Source of the DNA: Deltaproteobacteria bacterium
GTDB lineage: Bacteria > SAR324 > NAC60-12
NCBI GenBank assembly: GCA_038150265.1
Contig: JAYOTF010000026.1
Span: 1 to 46,207 of the forward strand
Direction of reading: 5' to 3'
DNA: 46,207 nucleotides
Numbering within the stretch: the stretch's first letter is position 1; every line of letters begins with the position of its first letter. Positions 18,839-28,015 of this stretch are shown here, piece after piece. The notes beneath the pieces were generated by a model. It ran no database searches. It saw only the letters and a list, made by a program, of their open reading frames with translations, and was not told where the DNA came from. Position numbers and translations under genes: made by a program.

Positions 18839-21070
18839 TCACTTCAAACCGAAGTAGCCCCGGACCTGCTCATCGTCCGCATTTGCCTTCAGCAGCGCCT
18901 CCCGGAAGTTCCGGAATTGATCCTCGTATTGGGCCTCAATGACAAACACGTCAAGCAGGTAGCTTCCGGTATTGTCCTTGTAATAGCGCGCAGGAGGCGG
19001 ATAGTCCTTCCAGTCCCGGACCAGGTAGGCCAACTCGCCCACTTCCGTGATGGTGGTCCGGGTCAGGAACACCTGTTTGTGGTCTCGCCAGAACGCCTGA
19101 CGCTGCCGTGGTTCATCTCCCACCCGGAAGGTCAGGGTCCAGTTCCGTCCCAGCGGCTGCGGTCCACGGTCCTTGACCTTGGAGCAGTTGTCGCAGATCT
19201 TCACCTCTCCGGAACCGACCATCATGAGGACGTCGCCATACTCCACCTGAATGCCCGTATCCGTCCAGGAGGAGCGGTTGCCGCTCACCCGTACCCGGCG
19301 GTAGTCCTTGACGTGGAACTCCGGCTGGTAAGGCGGAAACACCAGCGGATCCGGACACCCGATGCCAAACAGGCCACAACCGACGGTTTCTCGGCTGGTG
19401 GACTCGGCCCGTTGGTAGAGGGCCCGGAGGCGTTTGGACTCGGCAAACCGGGAAAGCTGCCCCGACTGCCGTTCCTGCATATCGGACAGCAGCTGGCGGA
19501 CAGCGGCCACCTCTTTGGCCGCCTCCGGATACGCTTCATACTTGCTGATGAAGTCCTTGTACTTGCCGGCGGTGGGTTGGTAGTTCAGGCGGCTGTACAG
19601 GCTCATCATGGCCCGGCGGTCGAACTCCGAGGCATCAGCCTCCGGAGCCTCTTGCTCGTTCCGGGCGTTGAGCATGCCGTTGACCTTTTGCACCTCCGAA
19701 GCGGCCCAGGCGTGAGAGCCGTAAGTCGCAATGAAGCGCTTCAGGCGTCCCTTGGTGGCCCCAAACTGGATCTGCTGGAACTCGTCCCGCATCTCCCGGA
19801 TCTGGTTCTCATTGGAAGCGACCACCGACTGAGTATCCTGCTTCTGCAAATCGGCACGAATCGCAGCCACCTCTTCAGCGGCCCACGGAAAGGCGCTGTA
19901 GGTGTCAATGAACTTTTGCTTGCGTCCCTTGGTGGAGCCAAGCCTCAGCTCCTGAAACTCGTCTCGCATTGCCTGCTGCTTCCCGTCGTTGCGTTCCAGA
20001 GTGGCAACAGCCGTGACTTCCTGCGGGGCCGGTTGTTCCACCGGAGGCGTGGCTTTCTGCTGACGCTCCCGCCGCCGTTCCAGCATGCGCTTCTTCAGCT
20101 CCGCAACCTTGACGAGCGTGCTCTGCGGAAAGGATTCGATGAAGAACTCCAGGTCCTCCGGATTGGGGGAATCCTTGACCAACTCCCACGCCTCTTCGTC
20201 TGGAAGGAACTGACGCGACGGCGCCACCACTTCCGGAGCCGCGGGCTCCACTCGTGCGACCTGTGGCGCGACCGACACGCGCTCCTGCTCCACAAAGAAG
20301 AAGTCTCCGGTCAGCGAAGACGCGTCCCACGGCACCTGTGCCCCGTTGCTCTTCTCCTGCACCGAGGCCCGGACCTGCTTGAAGACCTCTTCCAGCTTGA
20401 GCCCGGGAGCCCTCATGTGCTTGATCAGCTCTCCGGTGTAAAGGCCGTTGCTGCCCACGCCATCGGAGGCCACACTCCCGGGAGCCGTGGCGTAGGCAAT
20501 GAAGGTTCCGGAAGGGGCATTCAGTGTGGCCAGGCCCTGGGCGGCGCTCCGGAAGCTCCGGGCGTAGGGGTTGTTGCGGCAGGCATCCAGGATGACGAGG
20601 TTCATGTTGTTCCGGGCAGCATCCATCTTTGCCAGAACCCGCCCCACATTCACCGCCTCATACTCCACATCCTCCTCAGCGCCAATCTGGGCATTGACCG
20701 GAATCAGGTAGTTTTGTCCCCCCACCTGCATGCCGTGTCCGGAGTAGTAGAAGAGGCCGAGGCCACCGTCCTGGAGCTTTTTCCCAAAGCGATCAATCGC
20801 TCGCTTCATCTCACGCTGCGAGGCGTCCCGAAGCAGTTCCACCTCAAAGCCGAGGCCCGTCAGCGTCTCTGACATCGACTGCGCATCGTTGACGGGGTTC
20901 TTCAGGGGAGCGCTCTCGTACTCGGCATTGCCAATGATGAGGGCAACTCGAGCCGTGGAGCCCGCAGGCTCTGGTTCTTCCTGAACGCGGGCGATGCCTT
21001 TGGTCGCCTGAGCGTAAGTCCCGCTGAATGCCACACTCAGCAGAAGGAGAAAAGGCAGGATCGTTTTCAT
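18839..21070 (-). CDS. Exported caspase-family (peptidase C14) protein with internal repeats and a C-terminal lectin-like domain
   Basis: Signal peptide, RVALIIGNAEY, LKNPVNDA, catalytic YSGHG (His112) and LDACRNNP (Cys164), AYATAPG, QVPW. Confidence 0.92.
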   Translation of the reverse strand: MKTILPFLLLLSVAFSGTYAQATKGIARVQEEPEPAGSTARVALIIGNAEYESAPLKNPVNDAQSMSETLTGLGFEVELLRDASQREMKRAIDRFGKKLQDGGLGLFYYSGHGMQVGGQNYLIPVNAQIGAEEDVEYEAVNVGRVLAKMDAARNNMNLVILDACRNNPYARSFRSAAQGLATLNAPSGTFIAYATAPGSVASDGVGSNGLYTGELIKHMRAPGLKLEEVFKQVRASVQEKSNGAQVPWDASSLTGDFFFVEQERVSVAPQVARVEPAAPEVVAPSRQFLPDEEAWELVKDSPNPEDLEFFIESFPQSTLVKVAELKKRMLERRRERQQKATPPVEQPAPQEVTAVATLERNDGKQQAMRDEFQELRLGSTKGRKQKFIDTYSAFPWAAEEVAAIRADLQKQDTQSVVASNENQIREMRDEFQQIQFGATKGRLKRFIATYGSHAWAASEVQKVNGMLNARNEQEAPEADASEFDRRAMMSLYSRLNYQPTAGKYKDFISKYEAYPEAAKEVAAVRQLLSDMQERQSGQLSRFAESKRLRALYQRAESTSRETVGCGLFGIGCPDPLVFPPYQPEFHVKDYRRVRVSGNRSSWTDTGIQVEYGDVLMMVGSGEVKICDNCSKVKDRGPQPLGRNWTLTFRVGDEPRQRQAFWRDHKQVFLTRTTITEVGELAYLVRDWKDYPPPARYYKDNTGSYLLDVFVIEAQYEDQFRNFREALLKANADDEQVRGYFGLK

Positions 21071-21168
21071 GGGGCCTCTTGACGAAATTCAACATCCTTT
21101 AGCAGACTACCGCATGCGTCTGGGAAGGCAACCCCGTCTGGGTAAAATTGTGGGGGAAGATTAGCCGC

Positions 21169-22116
21169 TTAGCGACGGGTACGCAGGCGGGGGTCAACCC
21201 AGGCGTAGGCGAGGTCGATGAGGAAGGTCACCACCGTCACGGCAAACACCAGCAGAATGGAGACGCTCTTGACGACAATCAGGTCCCGCTGCGTGATGCC
21301 CTGAAACACCAGCCGACCGAGTCCGGGGAGGTAGAAGACGTTTTCAATGATCACGGCACCGGCAATGAGAAAGGAAAACTGCATCCCCAAAATCGTCAGC
21401 ACCGGAATCAGGGCGTTGCGGAGGGCATGCTTCCAGAGCGCCTGACGCTCACTCAGCCCCTTGGCCCGGGCGGTCCGGATGTAGTCCTCGCTCAGGGTTT
21501 CCAGCAATGAAGAGCGCAGCACCCGCGTCAGGATCGACGCCTGCGGCAACGCAAGGGCCACCGCCGGAAGCGTCAGGGCCTTGAGGGCCCCCCAGAAACC
21601 GGCGTCCCAGCCGGGAAAGCCTCCGGCTGAAAACCAGCGGAGGGTGATGGAAAACAGGAGGACGAGCAGCATCGCAAACCAGAAATTCGGAATGGCAATG
21701 CCGAGCTGCGTGACGCCCATGACGGAGAAGTCGAGGGGTGAGTGGCGACGCGAGGCCGCCCAGACTCCGGCAGGAACCGCAATGATGGTGGAAAGCAGCA
21801 GGGCGTACACCGCCAGCGGCAACGAGACCCCCATTCGGTCTCCCACCAGCTCCGCCACCGGAACCCGGTAGGTGTAGCTGGTGCCGAACTCCCCCTGAAG
21901 CAAGCCCATCATCCAGTGGACGTACCGCTCCGGAGCCGAGGCGTTCAGGCCCAGTTGCTCCCGGAGTGCCGCAACGGTGTCGGGCTGCGCATTCAGGCCC
22001 AGCATGAAGGACGCAGGGTCGCCCGGAACCACCTCCAGCACCGTAAAGATGACCACACTGGCCAGCCCAAGTCCCAGGCTCAGGGAAAGCAGGCGCTGCA
22101 GGGCGTAGCGGAGCAT
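21169..22116 (-). CDS. Dipeptide/oligopeptide ABC permease (DppB-like)
   Basis: PGDPA, GEFGTSY, IPNFW, EDYIRTARAKGL, PGLGRL, VDPRLR. Confidence 0.94.
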   Translation of the reverse strand: MLRYALQRLLSLSLGLGLASVVIFTVLEVVPGDPASFMLGLNAQPDTVAALREQLGLNASAPERYVHWMMGLLQGEFGTSYTYRVPVAELVGDRMGVSLPLAVYALLLSTIIAVPAGVWAASRRHSPLDFSVMGVTQLGIAIPNFWFAMLLVLLFSITLRWFSAGGFPGWDAGFWGALKALTLPAVALALPQASILTRVLRSSLLETLSEDYIRTARAKGLSERQALWKHALRNALIPVLTILGMQFSFLIAGAVIIENVFYLPGLGRLVFQGITQRDLIVVKSVSILLVFAVTVVTFLIDLAYAWVDPRLRTRR

Positions 22117-22129
22117 GAAACGCGACCGG

Positions 22130-23611
22130 TCAGTCGACCCAGGACACGCCGGTCATGTCATTGGCCTGAGTCGGAGCATTCTTCCAGAGCCCCCGGAGCT
22201 TCGCGTTCGCCACCCCGGTCTTGGCCAGCTGGAAGAGGAAGCCATTGACCGCGTCATCCGTGATCTGACGCTGAGCCTGCTGCAACAGAGCCGTCCGCTG
22301 CTGAGGATCGCTCTCCCCGGTCAGCTGCTCCATGAGCGCCTGGAAATCCGGATTTTGGTACTGGAAGTAGTAATCGTCCCGAGCATAGATGCCAATGTCC
22401 ATGGGTTCGGTGTGCGACACAATGGTGAGGTCGTAGTCCTTGTTCTTGAAGACCTGCTCAATCCACTGGGCCCACTCCACGTTGGAGATCTCCAGCTCAA
22501 TCCCGATCTCGCGCAGTTGAGCGGCCACGATTTCCCCGCCACGACGCGCATACGAAGGCGGCGGCAGTTTCAGAGAGGCCTTGAATCCGTTCGGGTAACC
22601 CGCCTCTGCCAGCAGCTGCTTGGCCCGGCTGACGTCATGGGGGTACTGTCCGGTCAGGTCCACATACGCCGGATGGTGCGGGGCAAAGTGTGTCCCGATC
22701 GGAGTTCCGTATCCAAACATGGCGCCGTCAATGATGGCCTGACGGTTCAGGGCATGGGCAATGGCCTGACGGACCTTCAGCTTGTCGAAGGGCGCGCGGC
22801 CGTTGTTGGTGGACAGAATCGTCTCCCCTTCGGTGGAGCCGACGATCACCTGAAACCGGGGGTCCATCTCGAACTGAGGCAGGTTTTCCGGGGCCGGAAA
22901 AACCGGGAAGGCGTCCACGTCTTCAGCCATCATGGCAGCAAAGGCGGCCGTCGGATCGGAAATGAACTTGAAGGTCACCTGCTCCAGCGCCACAGCCTTC
23001 CCCCAGTAGCTCGGGTTGCGTTCCACCGTCACATGATCTCCCTTGACCCACTCCTTGAACCGGAAGGGCCCTGTGCCCACAGGCTGCGTGGCATTGGTCG
23101 CAGCCGACTCCGGGGCCACCATCACGGCGTCTCCCCACGCGAGGTTGAACAAAAACCCGCCGTTGGGCTGACTCAGCTGCACCTCAACGGTGTCTGCATC
23201 GACCACCCGGACGTCCTCAATTCCGGCAAAGAGCGCCTTCTGGGCGTTGGTGGAATCAGCTGCTCGGGCGCGATCCAGCGAAAACTTCACGTCCTCGGCG
23301 TCAAAGCTCGTGCCGTCGTGAAAGGTCACGTTCGGCTGCAGCTCAAAGGTGTAGGTCCGGCCATCTGCCGAAATCGTCCACGACTGAGCGAGGGCTGGCT
23401 GCACGGCGCCATTGGCATCAAAGCGGGTCAGGCCTTCCAAAACATTGGCGTACACAACTTCGTCAATGGCCGCCGCGGCGCCTGCCGTCGGGTCCAGATT
23501 CGGAGGCTCCAGCTGCATGCCCAGCGTGACGTCACGCTTGGCGGCGGTTGCGACACCGGAGGCCAGCAGCAGTCCGGCCACAGCCGTGGTCCATTTCATG
23601 GGGGTGTTCAT
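22130..23611 (-). CDS. Family 5 ABC substrate-binding protein (DppA-like)
   Basis: Start taken at MNTPMKW with an AGGAG Shine-Dalgarno. Signal peptide, EPPNLDP, PALAQSW, FHDG..FDAEDVKFS, PVGTGPF, VRQAIAHALNR. Confidence 0.93.
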   Translation of the reverse strand: MNTPMKWTTAVAGLLLASGVATAAKRDVTLGMQLEPPNLDPTAGAAAAIDEVVYANVLEGLTRFDANGAVQPALAQSWTISADGRTYTFELQPNVTFHDGTSFDAEDVKFSLDRARAADSTNAQKALFAGIEDVRVVDADTVEVQLSQPNGGFLFNLAWGDAVMVAPESAATNATQPVGTGPFRFKEWVKGDHVTVERNPSYWGKAVALEQVTFKFISDPTAAFAAMMAEDVDAFPVFPAPENLPQFEMDPRFQVIVGSTEGETILSTNNGRAPFDKLKVRQAIAHALNRQAIIDGAMFGYGTPIGTHFAPHHPAYVDLTGQYPHDVSRAKQLLAEAGYPNGFKASLKLPPPSYARRGGEIVAAQLREIGIELEISNVEWAQWIEQVFKNKDYDLTIVSHTEPMDIGIYARDDYYFQYQNPDFQALMEQLTGESDPQQRTALLQQAQRQITDDAVNGFLFQLAKTGVANAKLRGLWKNAPTQANDMTGVSWVD

Positions 23612-23722
23612 GCGTTCTCTCCTGTGGGTGGGTCTCAACGGCAAGAGTCGGCTTCCGACGTTTCCGGAAGGCCGAAGGTGCTCTACGATATCGCGGTCTG
23701 AGTGAAGTGCAAGTGGAGAGAT

Positions 23723-23740
23723 CGGGGGCAACCGCCCCCG
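23723..23740 (-). terminator. GC-rich hairpin downstream of the selenoprotein gene
   Basis: CGGGGGC-aacc-GCCCCCG about 20 nt after the stop at 23760. No clear U-tract. Confidence 0.4.
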
Positions 23741-23759
23741 TTGGTCAGAAAACGCGGCG

Positions 23760-24242
23760 TCAGCGTCCCATCAGCATGTCAATCTGTTCCTTGGGCACCA
23801 GCCGGGTCTTGTGAAACACCACGCCTTGCTTGTCGATCAGGACATTGATCGGCGGGCGCAGGGGGGTGTAGTGGTAGTCGAGGCTGGCAATGTCATCTTC
23901 ATCCAGGAGGACATCAAAGGGCAGCTCAAACTTGTCCCGAACCGCCCGGACCTTCTCCACCTCGTCCTGAGAGGTGATGTTGATGGCAACGATCTTCAGC
24001 CCCTGCTCGCTGTACTGCTGGTGCATCTGCTTGAGTACGGGCAACTCCCGTAGACAGATGCTTCACCAGCTGGCCCAGAACATCAGCAGCGTGGGCTGCT
24101 TGCCAATGAAGGCTTCAGTTTCCACGAAGTTTCCGTCCAGGTGCTTGAGGGTGAAGTGCGGTGCCTCTTCGCCTGGAGACACTTCTGCAACCGCCACGGT
24201 CGCAAGCATCAGCAGGGCCAGGGCCATCCCAAGGGCTTTCAT
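23760..24242 (-). CDS. TlpA/ResA-like (AhpC/TSA-redoxin fold) thiol-disulfide oxidoreductase, predicted selenoprotein, 160 aa, Sec at codon 60
   Basis: ATG at 24242 with an AGGAG Shine-Dalgarno: MKALGMALALLMLATVAVAEVSPGEEAPHFTLKHLDGNFVETEAFIGKQPTLLMFWASW-TGA(24065-24063)-SICLRELPVLKQM... This continues in frame into the track ORF 23760..24044. The TGA sits exactly at the first Cys of the WASWCxxC motif. Confidence 0.88.
24023..24061 (-). promoter_or_regulatory. Bacterial SECIS element
   Basis: Right after the UGA: GCAUCUG-uc-UACGGG-AGUUG-CCCGUA-cucaag-CAGAUGC. It has 7-bp and 6-bp stems and a 5-nt apical loop with G at position 2, starting 16 nt after the UGA. Confidence 0.82.
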
Positions 24243-24297
24243 GCCGTTCTCTCCTGTGCAAACGTTAAGGGTTCAGGGACAAAAAACGAAGGCGGCG

Positions 24298-25059
24298 TCA
24301 GCCTTCCAGCTCCTCATAGAGGCTCTGGAACTCACGACTCACCTTGTGTCCAGGGTCCATCAGCACCAGCGGCTGAGCCTCTCCATGGGACTCCCGGATC
24401 TTGACGGAGGAGGAAAGATAGGTCTTGAGGACCGGAAGCTGGTCCGTGAGCAATTCCTCGACAATCTGGGCCGGAAACTTGGCCCGTGGTTGGAACTGAT
24501 TGACGATGATGCCTTCCACCGCGAGGTCTCGGTTGTGGTCGACCCGGATCTCGTTCACGTTTTCCAGCAGCGCGTAGAGGGCGTTTTTGGAAAAGCTGTC
24601 GCAGTCAAACGGAATCAGGCACCGCGAGCAGGCAATGAGCGCCGAGCGGGTGTAAAACCCCAGAGCGGGTGGGGTGTCGATGTAAATGCGGTCGTAGCTC
24701 AGGTCGTCCAGCGCCTCTCGGAGCTTGAACATCTTGTACCGCGATTCCAGCTTGCCCTGAAGCTCTTCCATTTCCGGATGGGCCGGCATCAGCTCCAGGT
24801 TCGCAAACGGCGTAAAGTGCGTAAACTCACCCGGCTCCGGACTCCGGAAGGAGAAGCTGAGCATGCTGTCAAAGAAGTGATAGACCGTCTGCTGGTCTGG
24901 AATGCCCACCGAGCCCATCAGGTACTGGGTGGTGTTGCCTTGAGGGTCCAGGTCGATCACCAGCGTCCGCAGGCCCTTGGCCGCACTGAGTGCCGCCAGG
25001 TTGCAGGTGATGGTGGACTTGCCCACTCCGCCTTTTTTGTTGAAGACGACCCGCCGCAT
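24298..25059 (-). CDS. ParA/Soj-family ATPase (no adjacent parB)
   Basis: Deviant Walker [23 protein letters not shown]. Confidence 0.93.
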   Translation of the reverse strand: MRRVVFNKKGGVGKSTITCNLAALSAAKGLRTLVIDLDPQGNTTQYLMGSVGIPDQQTVYHFFDSMLSFSFRSPEPGEFTHFTPFANLELMPAHPEMEELQGKLESRYKMFKLREALDDLSYDRIYIDTPPALGFYTRSALIACSRCLIPFDCDSFSKNALYALLENVNEIRVDHNRDLAVEGIIVNQFQPRAKFPAQIVEELLTDQLPVLKTYLSSSVKIRESHGEAQPLVLMDPGHKVSREFQSLYEELEG

Positions 25060-25150
25060 CGTGTTCCTCGGTTCGGGTTGAAGCCATGTGACGTCACACC
25101 GGCAATGATACGCGACTTCCTCTCAGTTTCCAGAGGAAATCCGTGGGGGA

Positions 25151-26710
25151 TCAGGGGCGTTGCGGCCTCGGTGGGCTGCCCGAGGCCGACTTCCGAGGCT
25201 TGCGCGGCGCCACCCGGCGCTCCTTCAGTTTCAGGTATTCGGGGTCGCGGGTGAGGTTCCGGGACAGGTACACGTGCTCATTCGGATTCCCGAAGCCTTC
25301 ATTGACAAAGAACCGCAGTGCAGGCTTGTTGTCAGCTTCCGTGTCAATGAGCAGCATCCGGGCGCCTTCGGCAATGAAACGCTCCGTGATCTTGTCCAGC
25401 AGGCGCTTGCCCACCCCCTTGCCCTGCCACTGGGGGCTCACCCCCAGCCAGTCGAGCCACCCATACACCCAGGCGCTCCGGCGTTTTTCCATCAGGGAGC
25501 CCAGGGCAAACCCGACGACTTCGCCGTTTCCGGCGTCCGCCACCCAGCAGAACTCTCCATCGGTGTTGAACATGTTGATGATGTCAGTTTCGTCCCAGGT
25601 CCGGTAGAGGTTCGGCCAGTCTTCAGCGGTGTAGAGTTGCTCTCCCAGCGCATAGACCTTGTGCAGGTCATCCAGTTCCATTTCCCGGATTTCCAGCGCC
25701 CCGGTGGTCCTGGCCCCTCTTGGCGCGGCCACCGGTTCCGGAGCGGGCTCCGTTGAGGCGTTTCGCTGGAGCAGGACATTGAGCTCGCGTGCAATCCAGT
25801 TCGAGGCCTCCCGGGCCTGTGGCAGCACGCCTCGCGAGTTGACAAACCCATGCAGCATGCCCTCCCAGTTGCGCTCAATCACGGGCACCTGGGCTTCCCG
25901 GAGCCGCTTGGCATAAGCGAGCCCCTCGTCTCGGAGCACGTCACAGCCGGCCAGCAGCATCAGGGTGGGGGGAAGGTCCTTGACCTGTTCGGCAAAGAGC
26001 ACCGAGGCTTCCGGATGCCGGCGGTCCAACTCCGGAGGAAGGTAGTGGTCAATGAACCAGCCCATTGCGGCTCGGGTCAGCCCAAAATTTTCGGCAAATT
26101 GCTCATACGAGGGAAAGCCCCGGGTGAGGTCTGTGACCGGATAGATGAGCACCTGCGCCGCAAGTTCCGGACCGTGCTGGTCGCGGGCGCGCAACGCCAC
26201 AGCCGCGGCCAGGTTCCCACCGGCGCTGTCACCACCAACGGCGAGCTGACGCGGATCTCCACCCAGATCGCGGGCGTGCCGGGCCACCCACTGCGTGGCC
26301 GCCCAGCAGTCTTCCAGGGGCCCGGGGAAGCGGCACTCGGGCGCCAACCGATAATCCACCGAAACCACCAGCCACCGTCCTTCGTGGCACAGTGCCCGGC
26401 AGAAGCCGTCGACCGAATCCAGGTTGCCCACCACCCAGCCGCCGCCATGGAAGAAGACCAGGATCGGCCAGCCTCGGCCAGCCTCTCCTTCTGGAGCATA
26501 AAGCCGCACAGGCAACTCCCCCTGCGGTCCGGGAAGGGTTCGGTGCTCCACCGAGCCCACTGGGGCGGGGGTTCCGGTCTGCCACGCCGGAGTCTGCAGG
26601 TGCTGCACGCGGGCCTGCTCGGGCGAAAGGGTGGTGAGGTCCGCCAGCCCAGCCTCCTGACGGAGGTGCAGCAGCATTTGGGCTTCCGGGGCAAGGAACG
26701 ATGACGGCAT
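25151..26710 (-). CDS. Fusion of an HSL-family (family IV) esterase and a GNAT acetyltransferase
   Basis: N-terminal part has HGGGW, VDYRLAPE, GDSAGGNL, DVLRDE and HGF. After a Pro/Ala linker (from about aa 339) come LEIREMELDDL and the acetyl-CoA motif A VSPQWQGKGVGKRLL, then NKPALRFF..EGF. Confidence 0.9.
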   Translation of the reverse strand: MPSSFLAPEAQMLLHLRQEAGLADLTTLSPEQARVQHLQTPAWQTGTPAPVGSVEHRTLPGPQGELPVRLYAPEGEAGRGWPILVFFHGGGWVVGNLDSVDGFCRALCHEGRWLVVSVDYRLAPECRFPGPLEDCWAATQWVARHARDLGGDPRQLAVGGDSAGGNLAAAVALRARDQHGPELAAQVLIYPVTDLTRGFPSYEQFAENFGLTRAAMGWFIDHYLPPELDRRHPEASVLFAEQVKDLPPTLMLLAGCDVLRDEGLAYAKRLREAQVPVIERNWEGMLHGFVNSRGVLPQAREASNWIARELNVLLQRNASTEPAPEPVAAPRGARTTGALEIREMELDDLHKVYALGEQLYTAEDWPNLYRTWDETDIINMFNTDGEFCWVADAGNGEVVGFALGSLMEKRRSAWVYGWLDWLGVSPQWQGKGVGKRLLDKITERFIAEGARMLLIDTEADNKPALRFFVNEGFGNPNEHVYLSRNLTRDPEYLKLKERRVAPRKPRKSASGSPPRPQRP

Positions 26711-26809
26711 CGTTGATCCAGCAAGGGGTCACGCCGGAGCATTCTGACGGAGAAGCTACCGGACAATCAGGCCTCCGCGGGGAGGCGGTTCAAGGGGTCA
26801 GTCAAGATC

Positions 26810-27802
26810 TCAGTCAAAATCAAGGGGCGTCCCCAGCCCCAGGGCTTCTGCCTGCTCCAGCACCAGCCGAGCCGCCACCGCATCCTGCGCCGCCAGTCCA
26901 CACGACTTGAAGAAGGTCACCTGCTCCGGAGTCGTCCGGCCCGGACGGGTGCCATTGAGCACCTCGCCCAGCTCAGCGTGGACGTGAGAGGGGTCCAGCT
27001 GTCCCTGCTGAATGGGGATCACCAGGTCTCCGGCTTCGGCCAGCACCGACTCCCGGGAGTCAGCCACCACGAGGGCGTTCCGGACCGTCTCCAGATCCAC
27101 TTCCTGCATGCTGGCCTGAAAGGACCCCACGCCATTGAGGTGAACCCCGGGCCGGAGGTCTGCGTAGCTCAGCACCGGCGTGAGGGAAGTGGTCGCGGCA
27201 CAGACAATGTCTGCCTCCTGAACGGCTTCTCGAGACGACGCCACGACCCGCAGGGTGTTGGGAATGGGGCCCTTCCCTGCAAGGTCCTGCGCCAGTGCTT
27301 CGGCATGAGCCGTGTTGGGGCTGTACACCCGTACCTCTTCAATGGTCCGGACGGTACAGACGGCTTCCAGCTGCGCCCGGGCCTGAATGCCACTGCCCAG
27401 CACCCCCACCACCGCAGACTCCGGACGGGCCAACACGTCGGTTGCAGCGCCTCCTCCGGCGCCGGTCCGGATGCCCGTCAGCGACTCGCCATCAATGAGG
27501 GCCAGCGGGACTCCGGTTTCCGGATGGAAGGCCAGCACCAGCGCATGAATGAGGGGCAGTCCTCGACCCGGGTTGTTGCCAAACACGGAGACCAGCTTCA
27601 CCATCAGGCTCTGCTCCTCCGGAACCGAGGCCGGCATGGTCAGGAGCACCCCGCCTTGTTCCGGAACGGGCACCCGCGACCGCAAGGGCGCCTCCACCTT
27701 TCCGGAAGACCAGGCCTGAAACGCGCGCTTCATGCCCTCAATGGCGCGGTCCATCGGCAGGGCCTGGCGCACATCGGTTCCTCTCAAAATCCGTATCTGC
27801 AT
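26810..27802 (-). CDS. Ornithine cyclodeaminase/mu-crystallin family protein
   Basis: VKLVSVF..N, LTGIRTGA, GSGIQA, ADIVCAAT, FKSCGLAAQD. Confidence 0.93.
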   Translation of the reverse strand: MQIRILRGTDVRQALPMDRAIEGMKRAFQAWSSGKVEAPLRSRVPVPEQGGVLLTMPASVPEEQSLMVKLVSVFGNNPGRGLPLIHALVLAFHPETGVPLALIDGESLTGIRTGAGGGAATDVLARPESAVVGVLGSGIQARAQLEAVCTVRTIEEVRVYSPNTAHAEALAQDLAGKGPIPNTLRVVASSREAVQEADIVCAATTSLTPVLSYADLRPGVHLNGVGSFQASMQEVDLETVRNALVVADSRESVLAEAGDLVIPIQQGQLDPSHVHAELGEVLNGTRPGRTTPEQVTFFKSCGLAAQDAVAARLVLEQAEALGLGTPLDFD

Positions 27803-28015
27803 GCATCTCCTTCTTGCTCAAAAAGGTCCTGAGCGTAGCAGGCTTGCGGGTGGGAGTCGATCAGGAAATTTCCTCATCCGGGCTCCTGCGTCCAGCGTCT
27901 TTTGGCCAGGAAAGGGGGCCGCTCTTTCAGAGGCCAACGGTGGTTTCAGGCGTGAGCTTTTGGGAGACATCTGGTAAAGCTATCTGCTTTCCACAACCCT
28001 ATCCTGAAAGCTGGC

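Noticed and set aside
23612..23722. Possible riboswitch in the leader of the Dpp binding protein (hairpin near 23648-23675)
   Set aside because: One hairpin only; no conserved aptamer motif that I recognise. An Rfam scan would settle it.
23760..24044. 94-aa ORF as a stand-alone gene, or a pseudogene call for the redoxin
   Set aside because: It is the in-frame C-terminal half of the 24242..23760 gene; the UGA position and SECIS hairpin favour selenocysteine read-through.
27863..27874. Palindrome AGGAAATTTCCT between the cyclodeaminase and chorismate mutase genes
   Set aside because: Single short palindrome with no cognate regulator nearby and no second full copy seen.
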